Source: Balanoglossus misakiensis (Eukaryota; Animalia; Hemichordata). From it: a stretch of DNA of 64,000 nucleotides. Shown here piece after piece: positions 37,951 through 50,500 of this stretch. The notes below the pieces were generated by a model. That model saw only the letters and a list, made by a program, of their open reading frames with translations. It ran no database searches and was not told where the DNA came from. The position numbers were made by a program, and so were the translations under genes. Where the stretch lies: NCBI GenBank assembly GCA_040954595.2, contig CM082584.2, positions 10,878,552-10,942,551 on the forward strand. Reading direction: 5' to 3'. Position 1 is the stretch's first letter, and each line of letters opens with the position of its first letter.

Positions 37951-40900
37951 ATGTTCGCCAAGTGCCTGATTTTAAGCACAGTCTTCAGCCTCCGCTCGGC
38001 TTTTTCTGATTCACCGCTTCTTGAAGAAGTGAAAAACGCGTCTTCTCCGGACCTCCATACGACGGCATACGTCCGCCACGGTGACGTCATCCTGGGGGGA
38101 CTGTTTCCCCTTCACAGCTTCAACGAGTCGACCGGCGAATGCTTCAACGTTCTCTCCATGAACGACCTCAAGATGGCCGAAGCCATGGTTTTCGCCATCG
38201 ACCAGGTCAACGCCAACGACACTCTTCTGCCCGGGGTGAAGTTGGGTTTCGAGATTTACGACACGTGTTTGACTCCGACCATCGCGCTCGAGAACGCCTT
38301 GAATTTTCTCCCGTCCCAGAAAGCGTACGAATGCAACAACCCTAAAGAGTCACCCCCATGTACTTCTCCGGCAACAGGTGTCGTCGGCTCAGAACGCAGC
38401 ACCAGTAGCATGCAGACCAGTAGTCTGCTTCAGATATACCGCATCCCGCAGATCAGCTACATGGCAACGGTTACAGAGCTCAGCAATATCAGAAAGTATC
38501 CATATTTCCTGCGCACCGTTCCTCCCGACTACATACAATCCCAGGTGCTCGTGGACGTGATACTGAAATTCGGGTGGTCTTTCGTATCGGCCGTGCATTC
38601 TGACGATATCTACGGGCACAGCGGAATGACGACGTTCCGTCGCTTTGCGGAAGACAACGGTATATGCTTCGGCGCCGTTCTTGAAATCTCGGCGTCTTAC
38701 GGCAACGCCGAATGCGACAGACTTGTACGGCAGCTTCTCAGATATGAAAACGCCACCGTTGTGGTACTGTTCGCCCAAAGGGAAGAGATTCAACTCCTGC
38801 TGAACGCCGCCGTCAGAAACGGAGCCACGGACTCGCTGACGTGGTTGGCTACCAATGGCTGGGGCAGCTTCTGTCAAGAACCAATCAATGCTGAAAACCA
38901 AGAAGCAGCTTATGGTAGGCCAATGTATGTATATATGTGTGAGGGTGAGGGGGGCTGGCTGGGTGTGTGGCTGGGTGGCTTGGGGTTGATCGTATCATGG
39001 ATTGATGGACGAGTATGTCCCTGTCGTCAACAGCTTGATTGAGACTTCAATATATAAAAGTACAAATTCTCGTCTTTTCAGGTGCATTGCTGGTATCCCC
39101 CTTTGCTGAGAGGAGTCCGGAGTTCGACGAGTACTTCTCGTCACTCGTAGCGTCTGAGAGTGACAATCCGTGGCTGACGGAGTACCTCGTCCACCACTAC
39201 GACTGTGTCCCTTGCCCAGAGCTCGATTCTTCGGCGAATCCCGATCAGATCAGCTGCGACGACCCCAGTTTGTTGGAGGACATCGACGGGTCTTCTATGG
39301 AGAGCTTGGTTATAAATGCGGTGCTGGCGTTTGCACACTCTTTGAACAAGATTCAGGGGGAGATGTGTTCAGCTGCAGATCCGCTGTGTTGGACACCTAA
39401 CCCTCTCTGGCAGAAGATGCTGATGAACCGCCTGTTAAATTCCTCGTTCTACGGACCGACGGGTCTGGTCTCTTTCAACGAAGTCGGAGACAGCCCCGGT
39501 AAATACTTCATCCGAAACATTCAACAGAACGCCGAGAATAATGATGGATACGCGTGCGCTGAAGTCGGTCTGTGGGAAGAAGGCGCCGACTGGCAGAACG
39601 GGAAGCTGGACTTTTACCGCGGGGTTCACTTCTACCGCAACAAGACTTGGCACGTCTACGACGCTGCCTCCGACAACGGTTCCCTGCCCGTCTCCATCTG
39701 CAGCGAGCCGTGCAGAGAGGACGAGATTCGGACAATAATCGACGATTTGCAGTGTTGTTGGATCTGCTCGCCGTGTCAGGACTGGGAGGTCATCCGCCAG
39801 GAGGGAACTCGCTGCCGCGCCTGTCCCGCTTACACTTGGCCGAACGAGAACAGGACGAAGTGTGAACTTATAGAGCCGTCCTATCTTCAACAGTTTGCTC
39901 CCAACGTTGCGATCTTCCTCACTCTCATCACTTCAATCGGTATCATAGCAACGGTTCTCACATCAGTCATCTACATTGGGAAGTACAGCGTACCACTTAT
40001 CAAGGCATCTGGTCGTGAGCTGTGCTATCTCATCCTCTTTGGAATTCTCTATGCGTTTGTTATGAACTACTTTTACATTTTCCAGCCGACAGACACGATC
40101 TGTTTTCTCCGAAGATTCAGTCCAATTGGCTATACCTTGATATTCGGCGCCCTGGCGACGAAAACGAATCGGGTGTATCGGATCTTCCGTAGGGGAAAGA
40201 AGAGCGCCCTCAAACCTAGATTTATCAGTCCACGGTCACAGATCATAATTACGATGATATTGGTCACTGTTCAGGTGAGTATGGAGATCTCAGCTAGCCG
40301 TCACCAACACAACTTTCAATTAGTGCTTTAATAAAACATGGTCATAAACCTGAATGAATTTTACGACTATAGAAGTAAATGCGTCAGCATTAAACATTTA
40401 CATAATCTATACTTCAGCACCTTCTTTCTTGCTGCCTGAAACTTACTGCCATATTTACGGGCCATGTTGAGATTCGGTCATGGGGGATGGGGGTCTGTCA
40501 GTATGTCAGTGAGGCAACGGGCCTGAAGTCGACCTTGACCATGTCATGTGTTCGGAATCGTGGTAGATTTCTTATATTAGGGTATCGTAAGTGTATTGCT
40601 CTTCAAGAAACTAATTGAGGCGTGTAACAAAATTAAAGGAATTTTAACGCTGTATTTACTGCACCCTGTCTCTCCATATTCATATATCAAGATAATCCGA
40701 TTACTCGATGAGAAGTGTATCAATTTTACTGCAAGGTGAAATTATCGATTTTTTCCTCATTTGTCAGTTATTCCATGCACACACTTAAAGATAAATGGCC
40801 CGGCGTCGTGTTGTGGTGGCTATTTCAGGAATAAGTTGACTTGGAGAGGAAAATATGATTCAATTTCCCTTCCTGAGAAATCGGCCACCTGTTGCATCGT

Positions 40901-41733
40901 TAGGATACCACCGCCCGGAAATATACTTGTGGCACTGTGAAGAAGTGTGTACTATTCCCAAATGAATGGTTGATCGCCATTGGTTCTGAATTTTCTCTCT
41001 CTTTATCTTCCAGTTTACCTTATCGATGATGTCTATTTTGTGCGTTTATCCGAATATTCTTTACGTCATGCCGCTGTCAACGATGAATTACGTAGAAATA
41101 CACTGCGATCGATGCGTGGTCGTTGACGCGTTGAGATTGACATGGAACTGGTTGCTCCTGGTGACGAGTTTGTATCAGGGGATGAAAACCCGGAAGCTAC
41201 CACATAATTACAACGAGTCCAAGTTCATCACTTTCTGCGTGTTCGGCACCTTCGTCATCGGTTTGTCGTCAGTTCCGGCGTACGCCGTGACAAGTTTTTC
41301 CGTCATCAGCACGCTCTATCTAATCAGCGTGTTCGAGTGCATCGCGTACATGAGTTTGATCTTCTTGTTCTTTCCCAAATTGTACGCGATCTACTTCGTC
41401 TCCGAAGACAAAATTACACTGGAGGACACGACGGACATTCCAGGCACGAGCAGCAGAAATTGGGAAAGTCGGCGTTGCGATCAACCACCCGAGGAGAACG
41501 AAACGGGAGGCCAGCAGCCGAGCCGTCGACGACCGTCGATTAGTGTTGATTCAGACAACAACGTCCAACAATCCGAAGCCGCGGACGGATTCGACGAGGA
41601 AAACAACTCCATCCAACCACAAGAACCTCGTCGTCTGTCCAGGGAAGGTGGCAAGAAGCGCCCTCTGAAGATTCTACCTATCTCTGCAGTCGACGATAAC
41701 AACCAAACCGAAAGCAATGAATCGCCAAATTAA
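37951..41733 (+). CDS. Class C GPCR, metabotropic glutamate receptor-like (divergent orphan), ~958 aa
   Basis: Exons 37951-38914, 39082-40274 and 41014-41733 (2877 nt, in frame). Signal peptide, then a Venus flytrap domain (GDVILGGLFPLH, EAMVFAIDQVN, LLPGVKLGFEIYDTC, PQISY, YPYFLRTVPPD), a nine-Cys domain (CSEPC...CCWICSPC...CRAC...C) and 7TM motifs ASGRELCY, KTNRVYRIF, KTRKLPHNYNESK and FFPKLY. Confidence 0.93.
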
Positions 41734-42620
41734 TCAAACCGACCGTTATCATTTGATAAAATTTCAGAAAACAGATTTTTGGCATTGCCACTTATATTAA
41801 ATCATCTACACTGCATATTAAATACCTCCGGCTCATCTGCAGAGGAGTTAAACGCCAAAAATAAATAAATTAACAGTTAATATTCAAATAATTAGGATTG
41901 TCAACATTTAAATTACAAAGATTTTTTTTTCGCAACTGAAGAGCCTTTAAAAGAAAAAAATACATAGCTTACGTAAACACGTACATATATAGAACAATAT
42001 GATAGTATAAGGTGACTACACATTATCTGAAAGTATTACTTGAAACCCTTAAGACGTTATTGTTTCACGGACGCCCGTACTAAGCGCTGTTGAACAATTA
42101 TCAAATGTACACTTTTTTCAGGCGCTGTGTGTGCGCTTTCAAAGGCTTGTAAGCAAATCTCCCGCCCTTGGAGCATAAGATCCACTCTCCGGCTAAGTAA
42201 CTATTCACTCCACATCTCCAGTGTGAAAGGTCTATAGTGTGGATTCGACTGAACTGTCGTGTGAAGGGGGCGTCCTTTGATGACAAGCGAGTGACACGCG
42301 TTTTCTTTTTGACGAAGATAAACAGGAACAACTGAAGGTTTCGTATTTAGCTATTGATGAAGGAGGAAAAAGGTATAGGTGAAATGAAATGAAACAAGAT
42401 GCGTTCATTTGGGAATATCTATTATGCATGCTGAACATCGCCGGATTTTTGAAGTGCATTCATTTTTAAAATTTCTGAAGGCATATGCATTCTGCCTGAT
42501 GTCACATGAAATTCTCCCGCAGGCCTGAGTTGTATATAACTGTGGTTGTTGATTTTTTGCTATGAAAGTTTCTGAAGCTAGGTCCTTCTGGGTTTTCCGA
42601 GGAGCCCCGGGTTTATATTT

Positions 42621-43742
42621 TCACGGTTTCGCGGTAGCCGCATCCACCGACCATACATCGATCCTGTTGTCGGTAGCGAGTTCTGTCTTCGCTATAATAC
42701 TCCTTTTGCAAAATGTCAACCAGAGAGTCTTTCTCAGAACTCGCTTGGCGCCCAGGCGGAACGATCGGTTGGCCAGACAATAAACGATGCAGTTCGAGAA
42801 ACTGTTGCTCAGCGCCAACCACATGGAAAAGAAATGCATTTGTGGGATGTGCGGATGATCTCTGTCGGAGGCATCCTCACCCTTGTTTCTAGACATGGCA
42901 ACCGACTCGTGAATCTGTAGAACCAGCCAGGGTGTCCAACTGGCGCAAAAAGTCCCAACGATGACAAAAGATGTTAGAGCTCCTCGGCGCTTGTTCAAGA
43001 TCGACACGCCGGTCTGCTGGCTGGGTTGAAGTCTCTCTCTCTCGGTCGCGATCTGTCGCGCTGCTTTGCGAGCGATGCGAAAGATGTGGTAGTAACAGAA
43101 AATGATTGCAGTGAAAGAAGGAGCGATTACGATAGCCATCATAGAAAAGGCGTAGGAAGCTTCCAACTCCCATGCCACGTTGCAGACGAAGAGATCGGCG
43201 TAGTACATAACCTCGACGAGACCGGTTGCAGGCAACAAGCACAGCGCGATGAGGACACTCCACATCACTACAATAATAATTCGAGCCCGTTCTTGGGTCA
43301 TGATGTTCCTGTACGTCAGGGGTCTTGATATGGCGAGATATCGGTCAACCGCGATCATCGACATCGAATAGACCGACACACAGGTGAACAGTTCGGTAAA
43401 GAAGGCTGCCATGACGCAGACGGAGAAGCCGTACGGCCAGCTGTTGGCGATCGCCGGGTAGATGCTGAGCGGCGTGACGAAGAGACCGACTCCGAGGTCG
43501 GCACATCCCAGGGACACCATGAACAGACCACTAGCGTTGGCGAATGTCTTGGTGCTGCAGACCACGGCGATGACCAAAATGTTCCCCAGAATGATGAAGA
43601 TGGTGACCACAGCCATGGAGACCGGTATGAGGTTGTACGGGTCGTTGAAATAAGCATTTCCGTGGCTGAAACTCTTGTCTCCCCCGAGACTGTTATCCGA
43701 CGTGTTGGCGGCGGCCACATCTTGCGAAATCGTGGTCTGCAT
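42621..43742 (-). CDS. GPR52: Intronless class A GPCR, GPR21/GPR52-like, ~373 aa
   Basis: 7TM with GN (TM1), ADL (TM2), AVDRYLAI-RPL-Y (TM3) and TM7 WLALSNSFSNCIVYCLANRSFRLG. The NCxxY variant of NPxxY in this context is characteristic of GPR21/GPR52. First in-frame ATG is at 43742; the track's 43796 start is a GTG. Probably co-orthologous to both vertebrate genes. Confidence 0.85.
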   Translation of the reverse strand: MQTTISQDVAAANTSDNSLGGDKSFSHGNAYFNDPYNLIPVSMAVVTIFIILGNILVIAVVCSTKTFANASGLFMVSLGCADLGVGLFVTPLSIYPAIANSWPYGFSVCVMAAFFTELFTCVSVYSMSMIAVDRYLAISRPLTYRNIMTQERARIIIVVMWSVLIALCLLPATGLVEVMYYADLFVCNVAWELEASYAFSMMAIVIAPSFTAIIFCYYHIFRIARKAARQIATERERLQPSQQTGVSILNKRRGALTSFVIVGTFCASWTPWLVLQIHESVAMSRNKGEDASDRDHPHIPQMHFFSMWLALSNSFSNCIVYCLANRSFRLGAKRVLRKTLWLTFCKRSIIAKTELATDNRIDVWSVDAATAKP

Positions 43743-43761
43743 TGCGACGAAGTTCGCGATT

Positions 43762-43800
43762 TTAAAACAAGGTGCCACTCGCAGCCAGACATTCACGCAT
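43762..43800 (-). promoter_or_regulatory. Candidate upstream ORF (MRECLAASGTLF*) in the GPR52-like 5' leader
   Basis: Out-of-frame ATG at 43800 with TAA at 43764-43762, 19 nt before the main ATG. Only relevant if this stretch is part of the mRNA. Confidence 0.35.
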
Positions 43801-46800
43801 CCTCTCGGAAAGTAATGAAGTCAGCTCCGATTGTATGTATATACATAAAGTTAAAAACAGTTCCTATCACTGGATGCCTTTCGCGACGACAGCAAAGTTT
43901 AAAAGCGTTTCAAGATGTGAGCATGTTGTCAAGTTCTTGACAATCTGCATAAGATGCGCGCCTCCTTGACTTATATCTTAGAGTCACGGACGAATAAAGC
44001 CTCGTTTTAAACACAATATCACTTGTCAATAATATAAATGCATAGCAGGGCCGCATGCTACGATGGTTGGGTAGTATTGAAATCGGGGCGGTTTGAACGA
44101 CAGGACACTGAAGAGGGCGAACGATGTCATACATGATTGGTGAGAACACTATAGATTTTGAATGTACAGGATACAGTAATCACCATGGCAACAAGACAGA
44201 GTCATCATATCCAGTGGGCGCTGACAATGCAAACGCTCACTTGATTTCGAACTAATACAGTTTGAGTAGCAGAATATAAGTAATGTAGATATGTACAGTA
44301 GAAATAATGATTCGTACTCCTTCTAAATTCACGCTTCCAATGACAATTGATATTTCATCTGTTCTGGTAATAAATCGATGATCTAATAAGAGGTCCAGTA
44401 TATTGGGCACAGCACAAAAATATTGCTTCTTGACAAGATAACCAAAGACCTCGCAGGAAAATTGTTATTCGTGCAAGAAGATTACTTGGCATAGTGAACC
44501 AATTTCAGATTCATTGATTCCCTACATAGGCCTACCGAGAAGACAAGACGTCACGACTTGGTATCATGGCAACTGCAAAATGGCGTCTATGGACTATGGG
44601 GCAATAGTGTTGAAATAGTTTACGTCTGTCTTCATGCATGGTGAAATAACTTCTCTCCACAAACTATTCATTTTAAACGCTATCGCATAAGAGTCGCTTT
44701 GCTCCTTGGTCGAATGAGTCTATTGACAATTATATACAGGATTGGATTATAGAAGACTTTTTAACATAACCTATATTAGTAATATACTTGTTAACATTTC
44801 CGGGCAATACAGACTTGTCTCGTCTTACATTTTGACTAGACTATTACGGAGCGAGGCATTTCTAAAGGCAAAACAACATACGCGAGAAGATGTCGAAAAA
44901 TAATGTTATCAATCCTTTTGAGGTTAGGAGTGCTGAGATTTTCTAAATCCATATCCAAACAAAATGGTCGTTTTCATTGAACTGCACCAAAATCACGTAA
45001 TAAGAATTGCATTTGCCGAGAGAGACGGATGTTCTTAGAGATGAGCAGTGTAAAAAATGATACAAGGGTTCCAGCTCTCAAAACAGAGATGACATTTCAC
45101 TATCAGCGTTGACAATGCTGTGTTCACGGCATTTGTGCATTACATGATTATCGCAGCGTGTTCAAGATAATCTTCTTTGGTTACTAAGGCGACCTCCTCT
45201 TTACTCTCCATGTTTCCTTAAAAATCACAAAAGTTTCTTGCAATAGGGATATTATTTAGTAAAAACACGCTTGGATCAGACGCCTTGATTACATCACTGG
45301 TAAATGCATTAAAAATTTTCAAATAAACTCGCAAAATAATTTCCTCGTAGTCGTGATAATGAGCATTTTAGTGAATTGATAAAGACTAATTTCCATCCCG
45401 AAGTTCTAACAACAAACACTACACGCAGATCGGCCTGGTTAGGTACTGTCCACGTGACTTAGGCCGAGGACAACAACAAAAAAGCTGACATCTGATAGAA
45501 GAACTGTATATAAGGTTAATTTTCGATGAATTTCGCTCATTACAGCCATAACTAGGGTTTTATTTTAGCAGTGACTGTCGCCAACCAGTTTATGATTGCT
45601 TCGATTAGTCACTACCGATTTGGATTTTTTTAAACATCAAAATGCACGATGGAATGTATATACTGTACAAAACACTCATTTTACTAATCGCACGTACGTC
45701 CTTAAGGGCATTAGATGTCTCTCCTGAGCAAGGATATGAGTTGAGTGTCTTCGTACATCATACTTGGCCTAATTTTTTTGCTTATCGATGTTGATGCCAA
45801 TAAGACACAATGAACCTATTCAATTTGATTATATGCTTTCCACACCAACTTTTTTCTAACACATTGAAAAGCGATAATAATCTAAACCTTCAAGATATGA
45901 ATATTGATTTGGTTAAGTCCAAATTCCAATAAACTGCTGACGACAATCTGAAAGACCATTTCTGTTCTTCAGCACCATAGAGATCTTATGACGCTGTTTG
46001 GCATTTACAAAGTTGCGAAAGTATGTCAAGTCATTTTATTACAAGTAATCTTACAAAGCATACATATACAGGGCAATTATAAATTATTTATTTTAAATAC
46101 AGGATTTTAGACATGATGACTTTTGAGGTAGTTTACCCCTTGATTATATGATTATAATGGCAGTAAAAATATATTGTAAATACTATGAGGCTGACATCAT
46201 AGCCAGGTTTATGACTGTATACAGTTTTTGTAACCAGAGTCTCTGGTTTGACACATGCGCATAAGACGATCGTCACCCTTTAAATACACTGGCCGAATTC
46301 ATTGCTTTCTCTGGTATCCAACATAACTGGTTGTTTCTTCGTTTAATGGACAGCTATCATCTATATTATACTTGCCTACCCATCACGTTGACCCAATTTC
46401 AGGACAAGATTGGTCAATACTCCAAAGCAATTGATTTTTAGAGTCTCAATAAGTCTCTGAACTCATTTTCACTCAGTGGGAGTTACGCCCATCATCTCTT
46501 CAGTATTTGGGGTAATCTCCAATCAGTGAGATGTCAATCCCTGGTCTATGTATCTACGAAACATTTGAAAGAACTGGCCATATAAATTGACTATCTACAC
46601 GATAGACTAGCTCCTTGGGGCATTATATCAGCTGACGGCTTTCTCATTTAACGAACTTAAAAAAACATGTTGCATTTTCATTCATTTATAGGATTATCCT
46701 CTGCAACCATTGCCTAAGAGCAATTTCAAGTCTTTGGTATCACCTTAACATGGGCAATCAACAGGGATGGGCTACTGTAATTGATGCATGATGAGATTAT

Positions 46801-47531
46801 TCTTCCGTGCAACAAATAAGTTGCATATTACTTGGCCGGCAAATCTAATAATCAAGTAATAAAGTTATACACACATTTAAAATGCACAATGGAATACCAC
46901 AGGATAATTTTTATAATGGGATTAATTTATAAAAAAGGCATTAGGTAGTGTATGTCTACACTTACTCTTTTCTATTACCAATTTAAAACACAATCAGATA
47001 GACTGGATATATGTTTGATGCACTTCAACTTGCATTGTTCACTATCTCTTTAATATGAATAAAATATTTTCTCTCCCAATGTTAAAAATTAGTACTGTTT
47101 AGCGATATGGGTTACCATCATGTACAATATTGGGTCTGTAAATAGGAATTATGAACACAGTTGCATTTTAATACTGTTTTAAACAGTATAATTCTCTATA
47201 TTTGATAATAATAATATATTCCACCCATAACAGTTAATGTTTCATTTATATTTTTAAAAAATCATTTATAGATACATTGATTTAGTGAATTAAAGGTACA
47301 TTATTATTCTTTTTTACACCTTTGTAAATTCAAATTCAGAGTTCTGGTCTGCAGCACATTATGCTTTGTCAATCTGACACATTAACCTCTTTTATTATGA
47401 AGTGCTGACAGACAAGATTACTGTAAATATGTCTTGTTTTAGCATGGATTTCTACTAGGATTTTTATACAAAACATGCCTTGATCGTCTATGCATGGCTA
47501 TTTCAAAATGCTGGGTGTGAGATGACCGACC

Positions 47532-50500
47532 TTAAAGGTATGTTTCAAAATAAGTGTATTTTATTCTTCTCACATTTGAATTAGGTTTATCTGCTTGGGG
47601 GATTGTCTTGTCTGATTCCATTTTCACAGATGGATTAACTCCGTCACTATCTTTAATCTCAGTTTGTGGATTTGTGTTTTCATGATCTGACATGGTTGTT
47701 GTGCCAACAATGTCATCTGTCGTCCTCCATTTCTTCAAGACAACAGATCCGTCAGTACACGGCTCAGATTTGTCTTCAGGTGAAAACATAGTGTTTGCAT
47801 AACAGTTGTCTGCATTCCCTTTGGAGTTGGATGTCAACAATTTCCTGGCAAGGATCGGACTAATGCTTATCCGACTCCACGGCCGTCCGTGGTTATCCAG
47901 GATCTTTGAATGTTGAATGCGCAAAGGAACGTTTCTTCCTATACTCTTTGTCTGATTCCGGGATATTGTTCCGTTGCGAACATTCCAGTCGCTTCCCACT
48001 CTCCGGTATTGCACGAGCGACACATCCGGCTCATCCGCAACCAAATGATCCGGCACATCGTGGGTGTTTAAGATCTTTCTCTCCACAAGTTCGAGTTCAC
48101 GCTCCCTTTGAAAAGTCTGAGTGGATTCCGACAGGAGATCTGGCATGCTGTGATGCGCCACAGCCAAATCCTCAGGATTGTGTGTGTCAACAGAAGTCCC
48201 GTACAAGCGGTTTTGTTCGTATACAAACAAAGAAAATCCATTTTGCTCTAACGGAGTCAACAAACAAGGATCGCTGCTCCTTCTTTTCAGATCGAGTGAA
48301 GGAAGATTAAACTTGGCACTCAAGGTTTCCATCAGCATTTCTTCCCGGGCTTCTTGTCTGTTAATCAGAGTAACATCTGCTTGAATTCCTACCTCCTTCG
48401 TGTCTGGATTATATTCATAAACACTTCCATTCTGGATCATTGGTTGAATGACAGCTACTGCTCTGGTTGTACCTACTGGGTATTGTAATAAGTAAAGTCA
48501 AATAAATAAACAATATAATTTACAAGACAAGTTCTCTCAAATGATGCACACATTTTTTTCTTGAAAACCCACATGAAGTTTAACCGAAATTCTAATTTCA
48601 CTTTCAAAGATGAAAACATTATGACTTTCATCTCATCTTGCTCGTCTATAGATAAACATTTTTCCAAAACCGACTTTCAATTTATAAAAAATATGTGATA
48701 CACTCTTCCTGAGTCTTCCAGTTGCTTTTAAAAGAGAGAAATGAAACGTGCTCGATTGGCCTCAGAAACATTTATGATTGAATGCTGCATTCTTCACAGT
48801 GGAGAATTCCTCATTGGAGAATGGCTTTTCCATTAACAAAGATATTTCTTCTTACCCATATTTTGACTAATGGATGATGCTGAATGTCTTTTATCCGCGG
48901 AATGATTTCCAGTTGCCCCTTTCTGTAATCTCTGCAGGGAAGCAATCGGACACACACTGTGTTAAAATTCAATATCGAAAAGCTACATTTCTAGGGATTG
49001 TATACCGCCATTGGCATAAAACATTGTCAGCACAAGTTCTTGTGAAGCTTCTCAACGTCACTGCAAGGTACATTTTCAAAAGAAATTTCACAATGATTGT
49101 ATATGTATCAAGATTTAGGTCGATTGCATGACCTGTCATTTTCCTGTATTACCTTTCTATATCAAAGCAATAATAATTCAAGCAATGTTCTACATTTTTT
49201 GTATTTCTCAATGAAAATGAATATCATTGAACAGCCATACCTATATGTGATGTGAAATCATTATATGTTTTCATAGTCGTACAATATGTTCACAACTTAC
49301 ATACAAGACTGACAATAAACAAAGCAAACAAGCACAGACCACAGACATATGTCATATCTGAGAAAGTTACGGGTACGGACATAACTTGTCCAATAGATGA
49401 CTTCTTACACAGGTTACAGAATAAGCATGTGTACCTTGTTTGAAGCACCGCTTGACCCTTGACCTTGATTGGAATATGCAGAACTCGAATACCGGTCGCG
49501 GATACAGGCAGGGCAGCAACGACTATGGCGTATACAACGTCTGTATTCCTTCTTGACCTATCATTTTCACAACAAATCAAGTATACATAGATCTTTGTAG
49601 AGTTTCATTTGGTTAGCTGGGCAGACAGGTAGATGACAACAATTAAACAATTAAAACTGTGTCAATCAAATTTGTAAGTGGAAATTTGGAAGTGTACCAG
49701 TAGCTTTGGTACCTTTGTGACTATATATTAAGTTGCAATGATAGAGAATTGGTGCCTCATGAATTCACGTACAAAATGTATATTCTCTGGGATAAAAGAA
49801 TCACATTAATTTTTACAGTTCCTTATTAAAAGATGACAAGCAAAGGATATCTTTTGAGCTTTGTGTCATATAACTGAAATAATATTATGTACATGGAAAT
49901 GAGAAAGATGGACAACACATATAAATTCATTGTGTGCCACTAACGTCAAAAATTATGACACATGTGACATTTACTAATAGCATCCGATTTTACCTTGTCA
50001 TTCATCATACAATGGAAGGCGAAAATAAAGAATCCCTGGAAGGCATTTAAGATGGTGAAAATATACGCCATGAAGATGGTTTCAGAATTGATGTACAATA
50101 GTCCGAAAATCCACGTTATGCCGAGTAAACACAGCAAAACACAGGCTCCTTTCAACCAAGCTCTGAAAGAAAACAAAACCGAAAATGTTTTTGTCACACA
50201 TGAATTACATGTACACATAGAAGATGATATGAAAGGCAGGGTATTGCGTGACAGCACACAACACCATTAAAAGCAACAGTCTTGTTGTCATGGAAACTTG
50301 CCTTTTGGTAATTATATTGCAGGATACCTGTCAAAACATACACAGGTACATGTACATGTTTGGTGTAATTCAAAATGATGTTCAATTTTCCAGAAATTCC
50401 TACCTTAACTGGGATTTCTCTTTTTGTTTTCGGCTTGGTGCATGGCCAGAGTGACGGTACATGATAACACCCGCCACAAGCAGGAAAATCACATTGACCT

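Noticed and set aside
38389-39890. Long antisense ORFs (170 and 151 aa) over the class C GPCR; similar ones overlap EAAT exon 1 and the GPR52-like gene
   Set aside because: Expected shadows of GC-rich coding exons; no independent protein features.
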